Notes: generated by a model from the sequence alone, not told the origin. 64,000 bases of DNA from Clostridia bacterium (GCA_003246365.1 QKAN01000190.1:35253-99252); one strand, 5' to 3'. Positions 28,356-38,373 are shown, counted from the stretch's first letter. Numbers and translations: made by a program.

Positions 28356-29360
28356 TTGGAGAGAAAAACTGCCGCAAAAAAAGCATCTCAAACACGAAAT
28401 GCGAAAATGACAACCGCATCGATTACGGCCGGCGTTGCCGGCCTTCTTCTCGCCGCCTGGCTTATCTATGGCACGGTGAGCATCGATCCCTTTCTTTGGG
28501 GAATTTTTACGGAAGAGATGATCGCCGCGCTCTGCGCGCTGTTTGCGTTGAGACTGTTGTGCTTTTTGCGGTTCCCCAAATGGATAACGATCGCCTCGGT
28601 AGCGGTGCTGCCCGCCGTAATTGCGCTATACGGGGCGCTTTCGCTGCCGGAAGATATCGCGGGTTTTCTTCGTGCGCTTTGTCTGGCATCCGCGGTGCTG
28701 TTTGCTCTGATGGCTGCAACAGAATTGGACAATAAGCCGGACGGGGTGTTGCTTTCGGCGGTGTTTGCTGCGGTTTGCATGCCGGTACTGCTTTCTGCTC
28801 AAACGAGGTTGATTGACGAAATGATGCGCGCGTTGGTGATGGGCGGCATCTATTTGAGCGTTTTAGCGCTGCGCCGGAAATCAACGGGTATTGCGGCGCT
28901 TGCGTCTGTGCCGGTTGCGCTTGCGGGCGCGGCGGGATTTTACGCCGCGTTTGCCGGACTCGGAACAGGAATCGGACTGCTGTTGCTTGCGCCGAAACGG
29001 AAACGAAGCGGATGGGTGTTGGCTGCCGTATTGTTGGTTGCGCTGCCGGTTGCGGTTCGGCTTTTTGCAGGCGCACTGTTGCCGGAATCGAATATGATAT
29101 TTGCGCAAAACACGGCAGTTGCGGGTGCGTTTACGGAATTGGTGAAAACGCATTTGCTGCGCGCGCTTGCGCTGGGACTTTTGCTGATATCGATCCGATT
29201 TTTTATTCGGCGGGAAGACGCGGCGATTCCCTTGGTTCTTGCGCTGGCGGGTTGTGCTGTGTTTCGACTTTTGTTTTTCGCCATTGCGCCGGATGTCTGG
29301 ATGGATGCGCTCCCGCTTTGCGTGCTTGCCGGCGTAGGCGTGGCAAAGACCGCTCGCTGA
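28356..29360 (+). CDS. Polytopic membrane protein, possibly a degenerate GT-C paralog
   Basis: About 10-11 hydrophobic segments; C-terminal IPLVLALAGCAVFRLLFFA resembles the motif in the downstream GT-C proteins. Confidence 0.7.
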   Translation: MERKTAAKKASQTRNAKMTTASITAGVAGLLLAAWLIYGTVSIDPFLWGIFTEEMIAALCALFALRLLCFLRFPKWITIASVAVLPAVIALYGALSLPEDIAGFLRALCLASAVLFALMAATELDNKPDGVLLSAVFAAVCMPVLLSAQTRLIDEMMRALVMGGIYLSVLALRRKSTGIAALASVPVALAGAAGFYAAFAGLGTGIGLLLLAPKRKRSGWVLAAVLLVALPVAVRLFAGALLPESNMIFAQNTAVAGAFTELVKTHLLRALALGLLLISIRFFIRREDAAIPLVLALAGCAVFRLLFFAIAPDVWMDALPLCVLAGVGVAKTAR

Positions 29361-29495
29361 CCGGCTTGTTGACTTTGAAAAGACATAATCTGTTCTTGAT
29401 AACGCCGCATTTCGCGGCGTTTTATCGCATAGAATAGTTACGAAATCTATCGCCGGGAAAAAACGCGTTAGAAACGTCCAATGTACTGCTTGATT

Positions 29496-29524
29496 TTGTT
29501 TTACAGTCGGCTCGGTGGTATAAT
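29496..29524 (+). promoter_or_regulatory. Putative promoter of the GT-C triplet
   Basis: TTGTTT, 17 bp spacer, TATAAT with TG extension. Confidence 0.6.
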
Positions 29525-29687
29525 GCTTGTAAAGCGAATTGGAAATACAAAAATGCGACTGATTTCAGATGGGATATTGCTGGATGCCAAACCTAGATAG
29601 AATCATGATTCGTGGAGCGATCAATGATCGCCTGATATCGACTAATAGCCATCGATATTCCGCGTCGCTCAGAGGAAAAAGAATGAT

Positions 29688-31310
29688 ATGAACAGAAAAC
29701 CAATGGCTGCAAAAATTGAGAGAACGGTTACGGCGCGCGCGGCGAGCACACTGGAAATCATCGCTCTTTGCGCGGTGCTTCTCGCGGCCCTAATGCTGAG
29801 CGTTACCAGCTTGACGACAACGAATGTGATTGATTCGACGCAATACAGCGCCCAACACATTCTTGCCCAGAAAGATTCTTTGCTGCTCAACCTTGCTGTA
29901 GCAATTGTGGCAATTGCTGCGTTTCGAATTCTGCGTGTTGCGCACGTTTCGAAATCTTTTATGATAACCGCATCCGTCTTATGTTTCCTTGCGCTTGCCG
30001 CTTTCGGCTCTGCGTGGTCTCTTATGATGCGCGCAACGCCAATATCTGATCAGAGTGTACTATTGAATGCTGCGGTAACCATGTGGACGGGAGATCGTTC
30101 TATTCTGCGGGACCTTGCTAGTTACGAGCATTTTTACTTTGTCCGGTTCCCGTTTCAATTTGGCTTTTTGAGTTTTCTTGAACTGGTCGTCCGCTGCTTA
30201 GGCGAAATGAACACGATGGTATTCCTGCCAATCATCAATATTTTTCTTTTGATATCAGGATATGCCGTGTTGTTGATGACGACCGACCGCCTCTTTCAAG
30301 ACAATCGCATTACGTTTCTTACGTTGGTTTTGCTCTGCCTCTGTCCGCAGCCACTGTTTGCCTGCGTCTGGCTCTATGGTTTGATTCCCGCGCTTGCGTT
30401 TACGCTCTGGAGCGTCTATTTTGCGGTTCGGTATTTAAAAGACGAAAAAACCCGTTTCGCGGTTTTTGCCGCTGTGTTTTCAGCAATTGCGGTTTATCTG
30501 AAACCCAACGCTTGGATTGGCGCCGCAGCGATTGCAATTGTGTTTCTATTGCATGCGCTGAAAACGCGCGGTTGGAAACCCGCCGTTGCCGCAATTCTTT
30601 TACTGGTTGCCTGCTATCCTCTGCCAAAGATTGCGCAGGCAGTCTATGAAGATCGAATCGGGGTAACGTTCGGAAAAGGATATCCGATGTCGAGCTGGAT
30701 GGCGATGGGTATGCGCGACAGTTGGATGGCGGCGGGCTGGTATAACGAATATTCCAAGGATATGTATTATACCTATGGAACGGATTTGGAAGCGATTGGC
30801 GAGCAAAATGCGGCTGACATAGCGGAAAGCCTGCAAGCGTTCGCGGACAATCCGGAAGAAGCATATGATTTTTATCAGGAAAAATTCGCGTCGCAATGGA
30901 ACGAGCCGACGTTTGAAAGCCTTTGGATCGCAATCGTTTGTAACCCATATGACGATGCGGAACGGTCGACGCTGGCGCAGAGTTTATATGACGGACGCTG
31001 GCCGGGTGTGATGCTTGAAAAAGAAATGAACTATACGCTGCAAACGCTTTATATTGGCTTTGCGCTGGGTGCGATTTTGCTGCTGCGAAAACGCGAAAGC
31101 GCACAGTTAATCTTTCCGCTTGCGATTCTTGGCGGCGTATTGTTTCATCTGTTGTTTGAGGCAAATTCGAAATATACGTTAACCTATTTGCCGATGTTCG
31201 CGCCAATTGCCGCATACGGAATATTGATGTTTGGCATAAACGCAAAGCAATGGTTCATACGCGAAGGGAACCCCGCCGGAAAGGGAAAAAATGGAGCCGC
31301 TGTCAATTAA
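29688..31310 (+). CDS. GT-C fold integral membrane glycosyltransferase (PMT/ArnT-like), paralog 1
   Basis: About 13 TMs; Asp in first large external loop (PISDQ), YFVRFPFQFG, KPNAWI, WMAMG, QWNEPTF, LFHLLFEANSKY. Confidence 0.8.
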   Translation: MNRKPMAAKIERTVTARAASTLEIIALCAVLLAALMLSVTSLTTTNVIDSTQYSAQHILAQKDSLLLNLAVAIVAIAAFRILRVAHVSKSFMITASVLCFLALAAFGSAWSLMMRATPISDQSVLLNAAVTMWTGDRSILRDLASYEHFYFVRFPFQFGFLSFLELVVRCLGEMNTMVFLPIINIFLLISGYAVLLMTTDRLFQDNRITFLTLVLLCLCPQPLFACVWLYGLIPALAFTLWSVYFAVRYLKDEKTRFAVFAAVFSAIAVYLKPNAWIGAAAIAIVFLLHALKTRGWKPAVAAILLLVACYPLPKIAQAVYEDRIGVTFGKGYPMSSWMAMGMRDSWMAAGWYNEYSKDMYYTYGTDLEAIGEQNAADIAESLQAFADNPEEAYDFYQEKFASQWNEPTFESLWIAIVCNPYDDAERSTLAQSLYDGRWPGVMLEKEMNYTLQTLYIGFALGAILLLRKRESAQLIFPLAILGGVLFHLLFEANSKYTLTYLPMFAPIAAYGILMFGINAKQWFIREGNPAGKGKNGAAVN

Positions 31311-32895
31311 GGAAACGGGCAGCGCACGCATTGCGCACATACTGGAATGTCTGGCGTTGATCGTTGTGCTGTTTGCCGCACTGGCGCTTGCCTGTACGGG
31401 TTTGTTTGCTTCCGCAAGGATTAGCCCGGAAAGATATGATATATTACAGATCAACATATTCGACGAAAACGAATTAACAAACGTAATTGCCGTTATTTTC
31501 GCAATTGCTGCAATGGCGCTGATCGAAAGAATTCCCGTCAGTCGAAAGTTCAATCTTTATTTCGGCGGTGCGGCGCTTTTGCTTCTCTTCGTATTCGGGG
31601 CGCTCTGGGCAACCTCCGTAAAAGCGCAGGCGGAGTCGGACGGCGATGTTCTAACGCTGATCGCGGAGTATATCATCGCCGGAGATTATGCTCAAGTTAC
31701 GACGAGTGGTCAGTATTTGCATTATTATTTGGTACGGTTTCCCTACCAATGCGGGTTGCTAACGTTTCTTGAGGTGCTGGTCCGGCTGTTTGGTTCGACC
31801 GGCGCGCTTGGAATCGCCCGGTTGATGAACGTGGGGCTTCTTGTTTCATCATACGCGGCGTTGCTGCTGATCACGCAGCGCTTGTTCAAAAACGACAGAA
31901 TAACTTTTGTTACGATTCTTTTATTGTGTGCAACGCTGCAGCCTCTTTTCTCCTGCACATTTGTCTATGGTCTGATTCCTGCTTTTTCGCTTTGTGTTTG
32001 GGCGGTCTATTTTGTGCTGCGCTATTTGCAGGATGGAAAAAGATGGAACATTGCGCCTGCCGCAATTCTGTTTGCGTTTGCGGCGCTGATCCGCTCGAAT
32101 ACATGGATTGTGATCGTAGCGGTTGTTATCGTGCTGTTGCTTGCAGCGCTGCGGAAGAAGGCAGTTTTTCCAATTGTGTTTGCGGCCTTGATCGTAGCTT
32201 TGGCAATTCCTATGCCGAAACTTGCGCAAATAAGATATGAGACGATGCTTGATACGTCTTTTGGCACGGGATATCCGAAAAGTTACTGGATGGCGATGAG
32301 TTTGCAAGACGGTTGGAAAGCAAGCGGTTGGCACGTTCGCAGCTATCAGCTGATGATGGAATCGTCTTATGGCGAAGATGTTGAGGCAATCGACGAGCGC
32401 GCAAAAAGTGATATTCAGGAGAAGCTGAGCGAGCTGATCAGCAATCCGGCGCGGCTAGAGCAATATTTCTTTGAGAAGTTGGTTTCGCAATGGGACGAAC
32501 CGACGTTTATGAGCATATGGATTACCAAGTCGGTTGGAACATATAAAGAACCCGGGGCTATAACGCAGCTGGTCTACAGCGACTCGTTTGACTGGACCTA
32601 TCGATTCTTTGAAGGGAAGGTTACAAAAACGCTTTATTTTGGATTTCTGCTTTTTGCCGCCGCATCCCTTAGAAAACACAAACCGGAATGGATGCTCTTG
32701 CCGTTGATCATTCTCGGCGGAATATTGTTTCATTTGCTGTTTGAGGCAAAATCGCAGTATGTGCTCGAATACATTCCGCTATTTTGCCCGTTGGCGGCGG
32801 CGGGCGCATACTCGTTTGGAAACAGTATGGACAAATTAGTGTTTGATAAAATAAAGAAGAGAAAGCTGGCAAAAATGCAAGAGGTGGCGAGATGA
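31291..32895 (+). CDS. GT-C fold glycosyltransferase, paralog 2
   Basis: AESDG, YLVRFPYQCG, RSNTWI, WMAMS, QWDEPTF, LFHLLFEAKSQY. Confidence 0.8.
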   Translation: MEPLSIKETGSARIAHILECLALIVVLFAALALACTGLFASARISPERYDILQINIFDENELTNVIAVIFAIAAMALIERIPVSRKFNLYFGGAALLLLFVFGALWATSVKAQAESDGDVLTLIAEYIIAGDYAQVTTSGQYLHYYLVRFPYQCGLLTFLEVLVRLFGSTGALGIARLMNVGLLVSSYAALLLITQRLFKNDRITFVTILLLCATLQPLFSCTFVYGLIPAFSLCVWAVYFVLRYLQDGKRWNIAPAAILFAFAALIRSNTWIVIVAVVIVLLLAALRKKAVFPIVFAALIVALAIPMPKLAQIRYETMLDTSFGTGYPKSYWMAMSLQDGWKASGWHVRSYQLMMESSYGEDVEAIDERAKSDIQEKLSELISNPARLEQYFFEKLVSQWDEPTFMSIWITKSVGTYKEPGAITQLVYSDSFDWTYRFFEGKVTKTLYFGFLLFAAASLRKHKPEWMLLPLIILGGILFHLLFEAKSQYVLEYIPLFCPLAAAGAYSFGNSMDKLVFDKIKKRKLAKMQEVAR

Positions 32896-34544
32896 AGAAG
32901 AAAAACGGGACTATGCCGCTGCCTGAATTGGGACGCTCCCGCGTCGCAAATTTGCTCGGAACAACGGCGGTCGGCTTTGTTTTGCTGGCGGCGTTGAGCT
33001 TGTTTTTGCTGAGTTTGTTTTTCGGCGCTCGTTTGCGCGCGTCTGTCTATGCGATTGCATCCCGCGTGGATTTGTTTCAGGAAAACGCAATAGTAAACAT
33101 CATCGCTTTTTGCATTCTTTTTATACTGGTTCGTCTGATCGGAAAAATCAGAATTTCACGCAATGTAAATATTATTGCGGGTATCGTTGTCCTACTGATG
33201 CTTACAATCGGCGGAATTGCCTGGGTCTGGTCGATATCGGGAATTCCTTCGTGCGACGCCGGTATTCTATACGATGTGGTTTTAAAAATGCATGGCGGAG
33301 AAAACGCCGCTGCCGAATTGCTGGAACAAGGCAATATGTACCGCTATTATTTGGTGAGCTATCCGTTCCAATTCGGATATCTTTCCTATATGGATTTGAT
33401 TTATTCCATCGTTGGAAGCGGATATTTTGCGGCTGCGCTTCGCGGGGCGAGCGTTTTGCTCATCGTCGGCTCCTATGCGGCAATCATGCTTTTAACGCAG
33501 GAACTGTTTTCGGATGATCGCGTAACGCTGGTTACAATTCTGCTGCTGGGATTATGCATACAACCGGTGCTTTACGCCGCTGCTTGCTATAGCCAGATTC
33601 CGTCGTTCACGGCGTCTGTTTGGGGCATATATGCGATGGTGCGTTACTTCAAGCACCGAAAGTTACGGAGTCTTGGTTTTGCCGTCATCGCGTTGGCAGT
33701 TGCAGTTTATATCAAACCAAACGCTTGGATCGTTATCGCCGCGCTGTGTATCGTTCTGGTGTTGGATGCGATTCGCGAAAAACGCTGGCGTTCGCTGATT
33801 GCCGTGGTCATCATTGTTGCGTGCGCGCTGCCCGCGCCAAAGCTGATTCAGACATACTATGAAAAGCAGACCAACACAACATACGGAGAAGGGTATCCGC
33901 TGGTCAGTTGGATCGCGATGTCTCTGCAGAGCGGAGAACATAGCACCGGGTGGTATGATAACGACTATAACCTTTTACTCAAAGCGGAAGCCGGAGAGGA
34001 CATGGATGCGATCAAGCAACAGAGCCTAGCAGACATTCAAACCGGATTGGCGGAAGTTATGTCTAGTGATGGCGGAATTTTCAGGTATTGCATAGAAAAA
34101 ATCGGAACGCAATGGCTTGAACCGACCTTTATGTCGATTTGGGCGACAAACGGCGGCGGCGATATTCACCCTGAACCGAAAAATGCGTTTGCGAGCATGA
34201 TCTATAGCGATGCATTTGACGTAGTATTTCGTTTTGTTATGCGGTTCTATATTGTTTTTCTCTATGGCGGGTTTGCCATTTGCGCGATTTTGCTTTTGCG
34301 CAACCGAACGGATAGCCAATTGATTCTGCCGCTGATCATCCTCGGCGGTGTGCTGTATCATTTGATCTTTGAGGCACAGTCCCGCTATACGCTCAGCTAC
34401 CTGCCGCTGTTTGCACCCCTTGCGGCATATGGCGTCCTCTTCTTCGGCGTAAATTCCGGAAAATTATTTGCAAAAGACAAGCAAAAAACTGCGTTTAACA
34501 AGGCCGAAACAGCAAACGACGAGATTACGCCGGCGGCTTCTTGA
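32892..34544 (+). CDS. GT-C fold glycosyltransferase, paralog 3
   Basis: PSCDA, YLVSYPFQFG, KPNAWI, WIAMS, QWLEPTF, LYHLIFEAQSRY. Confidence 0.8.
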   Translation: MKKKNGTMPLPELGRSRVANLLGTTAVGFVLLAALSLFLLSLFFGARLRASVYAIASRVDLFQENAIVNIIAFCILFILVRLIGKIRISRNVNIIAGIVVLLMLTIGGIAWVWSISGIPSCDAGILYDVVLKMHGGENAAAELLEQGNMYRYYLVSYPFQFGYLSYMDLIYSIVGSGYFAAALRGASVLLIVGSYAAIMLLTQELFSDDRVTLVTILLLGLCIQPVLYAAACYSQIPSFTASVWGIYAMVRYFKHRKLRSLGFAVIALAVAVYIKPNAWIVIAALCIVLVLDAIREKRWRSLIAVVIIVACALPAPKLIQTYYEKQTNTTYGEGYPLVSWIAMSLQSGEHSTGWYDNDYNLLLKAEAGEDMDAIKQQSLADIQTGLAEVMSSDGGIFRYCIEKIGTQWLEPTFMSIWATNGGGDIHPEPKNAFASMIYSDAFDVVFRFVMRFYIVFLYGGFAICAILLLRNRTDSQLILPLIILGGVLYHLIFEAQSRYTLSYLPLFAPLAAYGVLFFGVNSGKLFAKDKQKTAFNKAETANDEITPAAS

Positions 34545-34569
34545 TTCGCATCCGCTTTCCTGATATACT
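34541..34569 (+). promoter_or_regulatory. SigA-type promoter of the MATE gene
   Basis: TTGATT, 17 bp spacer, TATACT with TG extension. Confidence 0.75.
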
Positions 34570-34574
34570 GAGCA

Positions 34575-34670
34575 AACCAAATTTGTTGCTGTAACGACGT
34601 TCGCATCGAACCGTTACAAGACTGCGCAAGATAAAAGCCTGCGAGGGCAATGCCCCCACGGGCCTTTTTT
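34575..34670 (+). ncRNA. Structured 5' leader with terminator (candidate riboswitch or attenuator)
   Basis: Hairpin at 34590-34618, hairpin at 34625-34643, terminator at 34637-34670 ending in T6, all before the RBS AAGGAG. Confidence 0.5.
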
Positions 34671-34686
34671 CCGTAAGGAGCAAACA

Positions 34687-36108
34687 ATGTTAAAAAAGCG
34701 TTTGGCAGATTTATTTGACCGCGGCTTCTGGGCCGCGGCGCTTCCACTTGCCCTGCCGATTGCAATGCAGAATTTGCTCATGACGTCGTTTCGCCTGATC
34801 GATACGTTGATGGTCGGCCGGCTGGGAGACGTCTCTATTGCGGCTGTCGGCCTCGCGGGGTGGGCTTCGTTTTTTGTGGAGCTGCTTGCGTTTGGCATGG
34901 CCAGCGGCGCGGCGGTGTTTGTTGCGCAATATCACGGCGCGAACAATCAAAAAGGGATGCTGCAAACTTACGGTATGATGCTCAGCTTCATGGTGCCGCT
35001 CGGGTTGATTTTTACGCTCGGCGTCGGGTTGTTTCCGGCGGCGGTAATGCGGTTGTTTACCGAAGACGCCGCACTGATCAGCGAGGGCGTAAAATATCTG
35101 CACTATGCCTGCATTTCCTATTTATCACTGACCATCAATTTGGCGCTTTCTACGATGCTGCGCTGCACCGAACAGGTGAAGATACCGATGTGGACCAGCG
35201 GTATTGCGGCGGCGTTGAACGCCATATTGAACTATACGTTTATCTTCGGCGCATTCGGCCTGCCCGCGATGGGCGTTGCCGGGGCGGGCCTTGCAACGGC
35301 GATTTCGTCTCTTGCAAACCCGGTTTTGATGCTGATTATTTCCGCCATTCGTAAAAACATCGTTATATCCCCGCTGCGTCAAATGTTTGCGTTAAAGGGG
35401 TTTTTCCGGTTGTTCTGGTCGCGCGCGCTGCCGGTGCTGCTCAACGAATTGTTCTGGAGCATTGCGATCATCGTCGTGAATATGGTATTGGGGCGAATGG
35501 GCACAGATAATTACGCGGCGCTTACCGTGGAACGCACAATTGAAGGCCTGGTGTTCGTGTTCTTTGTCGGCCTTTGTAACGCTTGTAACATTCTCGTCGG
35601 AAAACTCATCGGCGCGGGAGACCAGGAAAACGCAAAAGCATATTCGCGCCGCTTTATGGTGCTAACGCCGACGATCGGTTTTATAATGGGACTTGTCATC
35701 GTTTCGCTGCGCTATCCGCTCATCGGGTTGTTTGACCTGTCTGAATCGGCAAAATATACGGCGCGCGTATTGTTGGTCATCTTTTCCATCGACGCGGTTG
35801 TTCGTTATATTCCGTATGTCGAAGTTGTCGGCATTTTTCGCGCGGGCGGAGACACGCGCATCGGCCTGATTACAGACGTTGTGTGCCACTATTTGTTTGT
35901 TGTCCCGGCGGTTGTACTCTGCGGACTGGTTTTTAAACTATCGTTCATTCAGACGTATATTGTCATGCTCGCGGCAGATGACATTTCCAAACTGATAATC
36001 ACAATTCCGTATTACCGATCTATGCGCTGGATCAAACCGATTCAGCAGCAGGAACCGGAACGCCGGGAAGAAGCATTGATTGAGAGCGGAAACGAAACTG
36101 TTCTATAA
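34687..36108 (+). CDS. MATE family efflux transporter
   Basis: 12 TMs; LALPIAMQNL...IDTLMVGRLG, VAQYHGA, LNYTFIFGAFGLPAMGVAGAGLAT, IFRAGGDT. Confidence 0.95.
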   Translation: MLKKRLADLFDRGFWAAALPLALPIAMQNLLMTSFRLIDTLMVGRLGDVSIAAVGLAGWASFFVELLAFGMASGAAVFVAQYHGANNQKGMLQTYGMMLSFMVPLGLIFTLGVGLFPAAVMRLFTEDAALISEGVKYLHYACISYLSLTINLALSTMLRCTEQVKIPMWTSGIAAALNAILNYTFIFGAFGLPAMGVAGAGLATAISSLANPVLMLIISAIRKNIVISPLRQMFALKGFFRLFWSRALPVLLNELFWSIAIIVVNMVLGRMGTDNYAALTVERTIEGLVFVFFVGLCNACNILVGKLIGAGDQENAKAYSRRFMVLTPTIGFIMGLVIVSLRYPLIGLFDLSESAKYTARVLLVIFSIDAVVRYIPYVEVVGIFRAGGDTRIGLITDVVCHYLFVVPAVVLCGLVFKLSFIQTYIVMLAADDISKLIITIPYYRSMRWIKPIQQQEPERREEALIESGNETVL

Positions 36109-36303
36109 ACGCGGTGCACAGCGCGCAGATATTTTGTTTTTGTGGTATAATCAGGCATCCGACCGACGGATATAATGTTGCATAGAGATGTATATTAAAA
36201 ATATATCTTCTGAAAAAAACAAAAACAGCGATAATGCATCTGGAATGATTCCGTTTTGCAACGCGGATATCAAACATATCCGCCAGGGGGGCAGTTCAAG
36301 CAT

Positions 36304-37659
36304 ATGGGCAAGGCGAAAACAGGCATAAAACCGATCAATGTTCTGCCGCTTGGCTTTCTTGTTATTATCTTGATCGGTACGACATTGTTGATGCTGCCGA
36401 TATCGAGCAAAGATCACTCTTCGCTTCCTTTTTTAAACGCATTGTTTACGGCAACGAGCGCGACCTGTGTTACGGGTCTTGTTGTCGTTGACACCGGAAC
36501 CTTTTTTTCTGCGTTTGGACAAACGGTCATTTTGGTGCTGATCCAGCTTGGCGGTCTCGGACTGATGACCATGTCGATGGTTCTGTTTTCGCTGACCGGC
36601 AGAAAAGTTTCCCTCCATGACCGGATGAGTATGGCGGAAGGCCTCGGAGAAAACCGCCTGCAGGGGATTGTTCGTCTCGCGCGCGGCGCGCTGCTTGTGA
36701 CGGCGCTGGCTGAATTGACAGGAACCGCGCTGCTTTCATTCCGGTTTATTCCGCAATATGGCTTCTTGAAGGGCCTTTGGTTTTCAATTTTTCATAGTAT
36801 TTCCGCGTTTTGCAACGCGGGGTTCGATCTGATCGGCGGCTATCGCTCGTTTACGCAGTACAGTCACGATCCATACATGTTGTTTGTACTCATGACGCTT
36901 ATCGTGTCCGGCGGACTTGGGTTCGGCGTTATTTTCAACTTGCGGAACACGCGGGATTTAAGGCGACTTCGCCTGCACAGCAAAATTGTTCTGACCGGTA
37001 CTGCGTTTATGATCGTGATGGGCATGCTGCTGTTTTTCTGGATTGAATACGATAATCCGAACACCATTGGCGACATGAATCTGTTTGATAAACTGATGAA
37101 CTCGCTTTTCCAGTCGATTACACTCCGTACGGCGGGATTTAATACGATTGATCAATACTCGCTCCAAGATGCGAGCAAAGGAATCAGCATCATGTTTATG
37201 CTCGTCGGCGGCGGCCCTGCCGGAACGGCGGGCGGCCTGAAGATCACCACGATCTTTACGCTGCTTCTTGCGGCGCGGGCTTATATCCGCGGTCAGTTTG
37301 AAGCGGTTGCGTTCGGGCGCACGATTCCGCTGGAGCAAATTCGGCGTGCGCTGACCATCGTGCTGCTTGGCGGGTTGTTCCTGCTTGCGATGGCGATCAT
37401 GCTCTCTTTCTCGGAGCAGGATATGGTGGCGGGCAATCTGGGGTTTGTAAACCAGATGTTTGAATCGACGAGTGCGTTTTGCACCGTTGGACTCTCGACC
37501 GGGGTTACCGGCGCAACGTCACATGTGACGCGGGTCATATTGATTTTGTTAATGTATGCGGGCCGCATCGGCATCATCACGGTTGCGGTTTCGCTTGTGG
37601 ACAGCACAACGAAGGAAACGGTGCTGCATTATCCGCAGGAAGACATCCTGATCGGCTGA
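36304..37659 (+). CDS. ktrB: Trk/Ktr potassium uptake permease
   Basis: FTATSATCVTGL, SAFCNAGF, RTAGFN, TAGGLK, SAFCTVGLS, MYAGRIG. Confidence 0.92.
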   Translation: MGKAKTGIKPINVLPLGFLVIILIGTTLLMLPISSKDHSSLPFLNALFTATSATCVTGLVVVDTGTFFSAFGQTVILVLIQLGGLGLMTMSMVLFSLTGRKVSLHDRMSMAEGLGENRLQGIVRLARGALLVTALAELTGTALLSFRFIPQYGFLKGLWFSIFHSISAFCNAGFDLIGGYRSFTQYSHDPYMLFVLMTLIVSGGLGFGVIFNLRNTRDLRRLRLHSKIVLTGTAFMIVMGMLLFFWIEYDNPNTIGDMNLFDKLMNSLFQSITLRTAGFNTIDQYSLQDASKGISIMFMLVGGGPAGTAGGLKITTIFTLLLAARAYIRGQFEAVAFGRTIPLEQIRRALTIVLLGGLFLLAMAIMLSFSEQDMVAGNLGFVNQMFESTSAFCTVGLSTGVTGATSHVTRVILILLMYAGRIGIITVAVSLVDSTTKETVLHYPQEDILIG

Positions 37660-37710
37660 TGCGAAAAAGGACGAACTACAATTTGATCTGCAAGGAGCGG
37701 AGAAACGGAT

Positions 37711-38352
37711 ATGAGTAAAAGTTTTTTAATTATCGGACTCGGGCGTTTCGGACAGAGTACGGCGCGTATGCTGACTATTCTCGGACATGAAGTGTTAGCA
37801 GTCGATAAACGCGCGGACCGCGTTAACGCCGTAAAGGAAAGCGTGTTGCATGCAGTGCAGGCGGACACGACGGACGAACGGGCAATTACGCAGCTCGGCA
37901 TCCGCAACTTTGACTGCGTCGTGATTTGCATTGGAGACGATATCCGCGCTTCCGTTCTTGCGACGGTGCTTTGCCGCGAGATGGGCGCGAAAAAAATCGT
38001 TGCCAAGGCGCAGGACGATCTGCACCAGAAGCTGCTGATTAAAACCGGCGCAGATCGCGTTGTACAGCCGGAGCACGACGGCGGAATCCGTCTTGCGCGG
38101 TCGCTGGTTTCGGACGGGGTGCTCGATTCGCTGGATCTTTCCGAAGAATACAGCATTCACGAGGTCGAAATTCCGCGGGACTGGGTCGGCCGTTCCCTCG
38201 CGCAGATCGACGTCCGCAACCGCTATGGTGTTTCGATTATCGCAATGCGGCGCGACGGACATGTTACGGTGAACATCGACCCGAACGAGACGTTCCACAA
38301 AGACGATTCTATTTATCTGCTGGGCGATGATAAGAGCCTTGAAAAATTCTGA
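37711..38352 (+). CDS. ktrA: Ktr/Trk RCK regulatory subunit
   Basis: IGLGRFG, GADRVVQPE, C-terminal RCK_C domain. Confidence 0.92.
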   Translation: MSKSFLIIGLGRFGQSTARMLTILGHEVLAVDKRADRVNAVKESVLHAVQADTTDERAITQLGIRNFDCVVICIGDDIRASVLATVLCREMGAKKIVAKAQDDLHQKLLIKTGADRVVQPEHDGGIRLARSLVSDGVLDSLDLSEEYSIHEVEIPRDWVGRSLAQIDVRNRYGVSIIAMRRDGHVTVNIDPNETFHKDDSIYLLGDDKSLEKF

Positions 38353-38373
38353 TTTGAACACACGGATATGATG

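Noticed and set aside
36109-36303. c-di-AMP (ydaO) riboswitch upstream of ktrB
   Set aside because: None of the conserved ydaO elements is present; only one short hairpin (GCGGATAT/ATATCCGC)
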